From Alphaproteobacteria bacterium (lineage in GTDB: Bacteria; Pseudomonadota; Alphaproteobacteria; UBA828): 64,000 nucleotides of DNA. The notes beneath the pieces were generated by a model. That model was not told the DNA's origin and searched no databases. It saw only the letters and a program-made list of their open reading frames with translations. The first letter of the stretch is position 1; each line of letters begins with the position of its first letter. Of this stretch, positions 61,969-64,000 are shown piece by piece. Where the stretch lies: the NCBI GenBank assembly GCA_965214705.1, contig CBDCCI010000002.1, forward strand, positions 384,001 to 448,000, given 5' to 3'. Both the position numbers and the translations under genes were made by a program.

Positions 61969-63109
61969 CCTGCGGCACTTCAAGTGCTTCGAGACGCTGA
62001 AATTGTCCCTGCGCCCGCTGACCTTGCTATCGGGTAGCAATGCGACCGGAAAGTCATCGGTGATGCAGGCGCTGGTTCTTCTGCATCAAACGATGCGCGA
62101 ACACGAATGGTCGTCGCGACTGATGCTGAATGGCGCAACGATTCGTCTCGGGACCGGGGCCGATGTAATCGATCAAGTATATGGGCGCCGTAGCTGCCGA
62201 ATTGCCCTATTCGACGGAGATGCAGACCGCTTCGAGTGGGAATTCGAAGGCGAGCGCGACGAAATGTCCATGGCGGTTCAAAGGACGCAGGGCGACACGG
62301 AGAGCCATGGCGGCTGGGATACGGACGAATCTCAGGCGCTTCGGCGCCTGCTTCCGCTGGACGCGAGCGACCATCCGCTGACGGATCGGCTGTGTAGACT
62401 TACGTACTTGACCGCGGAGCGGCTCGGACCGCGCGAATACTATTCATACGACGATCCGCAGCTCACGCCCGTGGTAGGTCCGCGGGGTGAAAACGCTGTC
62501 AGCGTTCTCCATTCAGGTCGTGATCGTCAGGTTTTGCCCGAGCTGGTGGAAGCCGGAGTGCCGCACACTCGATTTCGGCAGGTGGAGGCGCGTATGGCCG
62601 GATTTTTCCCGGGCTGTGTATTGGCAGTCGAGCAAGTACCGCGCGCCAATGCGGTTACGCTCGGGGTGCGTGTATCGAGCGATACGGATTTTCATCGACC
62701 TGTGCATACCGGATTCGGGCTTACACAGGTGCTTCCCATCGTCGTCGCAGCTTTGTCGGCAAGTGAGGAGGACATGTTACTGATCGAGAATCCGGAAGTC
62801 CATCTGCACCCCGCGGGCCAGGCGGCCATGGGCGAGTTTCTGGGAAAGGTCTCGTCGGCAGGCGTGCAGGTCATGATCGAGACACACAGCGATCACGTGC
62901 TGAACGGCATCCGGCGGGCCGTCAAGGGGGGCATGTTGTCGAGTGACAATGTCGCACTTCATTTCTTCAGGCCGCGGTCGGAAACGGATGCCACTGGACC
63001 GCAGGTCCAGAGTCCGGCGATTGATTCCGACGGCAACATCGACAGCTGGCCGGATGGCTTCTTCGATCAGTTCGATCGTGACATGAACTACCTGGCCGGC
63101 TGGAGTTGA
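61952..63109 (+). CDS. ABC-type ATPase with DUF3696 tail, NsnB-like
   Basis: SGSNATGKSS, GFGLTQVLP, IENPEVHLHP, ETHSDH, WPDGFFDQ. Confidence 0.85.
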   Translation: MISRIDLRHFKCFETLKLSLRPLTLLSGSNATGKSSVMQALVLLHQTMREHEWSSRLMLNGATIRLGTGADVIDQVYGRRSCRIALFDGDADRFEWEFEGERDEMSMAVQRTQGDTESHGGWDTDESQALRRLLPLDASDHPLTDRLCRLTYLTAERLGPREYYSYDDPQLTPVVGPRGENAVSVLHSGRDRQVLPELVEAGVPHTRFRQVEARMAGFFPGCVLAVEQVPRANAVTLGVRVSSDTDFHRPVHTGFGLTQVLPIVVAALSASEEDMLLIENPEVHLHPAGQAAMGEFLGKVSSAGVQVMIETHSDHVLNGIRRAVKGGMLSSDNVALHFFRPRSETDATGPQVQSPAIDSDGNIDSWPDGFFDQFDRDMNYLAGWS

Positions 63110-63110
63110 C

Positions 63111-64000
63111 GTGGACCTCTTGGCTAACGACTTGTCGGTCCATGAGCAATTCCACGATCTGGCGGGATTTCGCGGTGCATTGTCGCAACTCATGGCTGTG
63201 CGTGAAGTAGCCAAGCGTCTCGGCCGGGACATCCATTGTCACCGATCATTTCTCAACACTTCCCCCATACCGGGCATTCCGCTGCAACGGGCGATTGGAA
63301 GCCTCCGGGTTGAGAGCGAACGCCGGGCCGTCATGGTCTGGCTGACTCGATCCGGTCCATTCTGGGACGATGTACGGCAGCACGGCGGGGACGACTGGCT
63401 GGAGTGCGGCGGGGAGCCCGTTACGGATAGTGCCGTGGGAGAAGCCGCCTTCCGCACCCTGCACGGTGTTGAGTGCGGTATGGTCAGCGTCTCGCCGTCG
63501 GATTGGCTCGTCACGCCTCTTGCGATAACTTGGGTTCGAGACGACGAGGGGAACCGCAACGCTGAGGTCGAGAACTGGTGGAGCGTGGAGTCACTCGAGG
63601 CGGCGCTACGGCACCGCGCGCCGGCACTCGGCTCTTGGGACGACTTGCGAGAGACATCGGGAAATAGTTTCCCGAGCCTCGTGTTTGCCGAGAATTGTTT
63701 CACACCGCTGGCGGGGGTTCCATTTGCCAGAAGTGCGGCGGATCGTTTTCTCGTGCTGCTCGATGTTCTGGACAGGCTCGCGCGCGCACGCGACGCATCC
63801 GGCGCGCGCACCGAAGGAGGCCATCGGATCTACCGAGACTACTTCATGGGCGACCGGGCGCTGTTTTCGGATTCGTCGGACGCGGAGAAGCAGAAATTCC
63901 GGCGGGAGTTGACGTTTGCCCATCCGGAAAACCCGGCAAGTTCGATGTTCTGCACTTGGCACGGCAAGGTCTCGCACTTGACCCTCCGTCTCCATTTCTC
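63111..64000 (+). CDS. Putative nuclease effector, NsnC-like, runs off the window
   Basis: Hand-read open frame from GTG: MDLLANDLS...FCTWHGK...RLHF; absent from the ORF track because no stop is in the window. Confidence 0.6.
   Translation, partial: MDLLANDLSVHEQFHDLAGFRGALSQLMAVREVAKRLGRDIHCHRSFLNTSPIPGIPLQRAIGSLRVESERRAVMVWLTRSGPFWDDVRQHGGDDWLECGGEPVTDSAVGEAAFRTLHGVECGMVSVSPSDWLVTPLAITWVRDDEGNRNAEVENWWSVESLEAALRHRAPALGSWDDLRETSGNSFPSLVFAENCFTPLAGVPFARSAADRFLVLLDVLDRLARARDASGARTEGGHRIYRDYFMGDRALFSDSSDAEKQKFRRELTFAHPENPASSMFCTWHGKVSHLTLRLHF

Overview
GC-rich proteobacterial-looking DNA. A polyamine-type ABC operon (1-3.9 kb) is followed by a heavily decayed accessory island. The island contains an IS21-like element with a TOPRIM passenger gene, a MOBF/TrwC helicase remnant, IS186-like ends sitting in a single type I-C CRISPR repeat, nnrS, and a tandem tyrosine-recombinase pair. 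A minus-strand surface-polysaccharide locus (about 17.2-55.4 kb: rfbBDA, three paralogous GT2s, sulfotransferase, GDP-heptose genes, galE, deacetylase) is riddled with IS elements, including a nested pile at 31.5-49.2 kb. The window ends in a defence cluster (DUF499 ATPase plus a small partner, then a Menshen-like DUF262/ATPase/nuclease trio). Highlights: (i) an intact IS110/IS1111-type element whose 3' non-coding end has a 14-nt exact match to its reconstructed target, the Walker A codons of an IS21 istB, plus donor-junction matches and a circle-junction promoter; two sibling ends share the scaffold with different 11-nt inserts; (ii) DUF4338 (DruA-like) domains fused to transposases of two unrelated families, one with a -1 frameshift signal; (iii) a TGT...ACA, 5-bp-TSD four-gene transposon with a RepA-like helicase and a structured leader. 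All family names come from visual motif recognition, not database searches.
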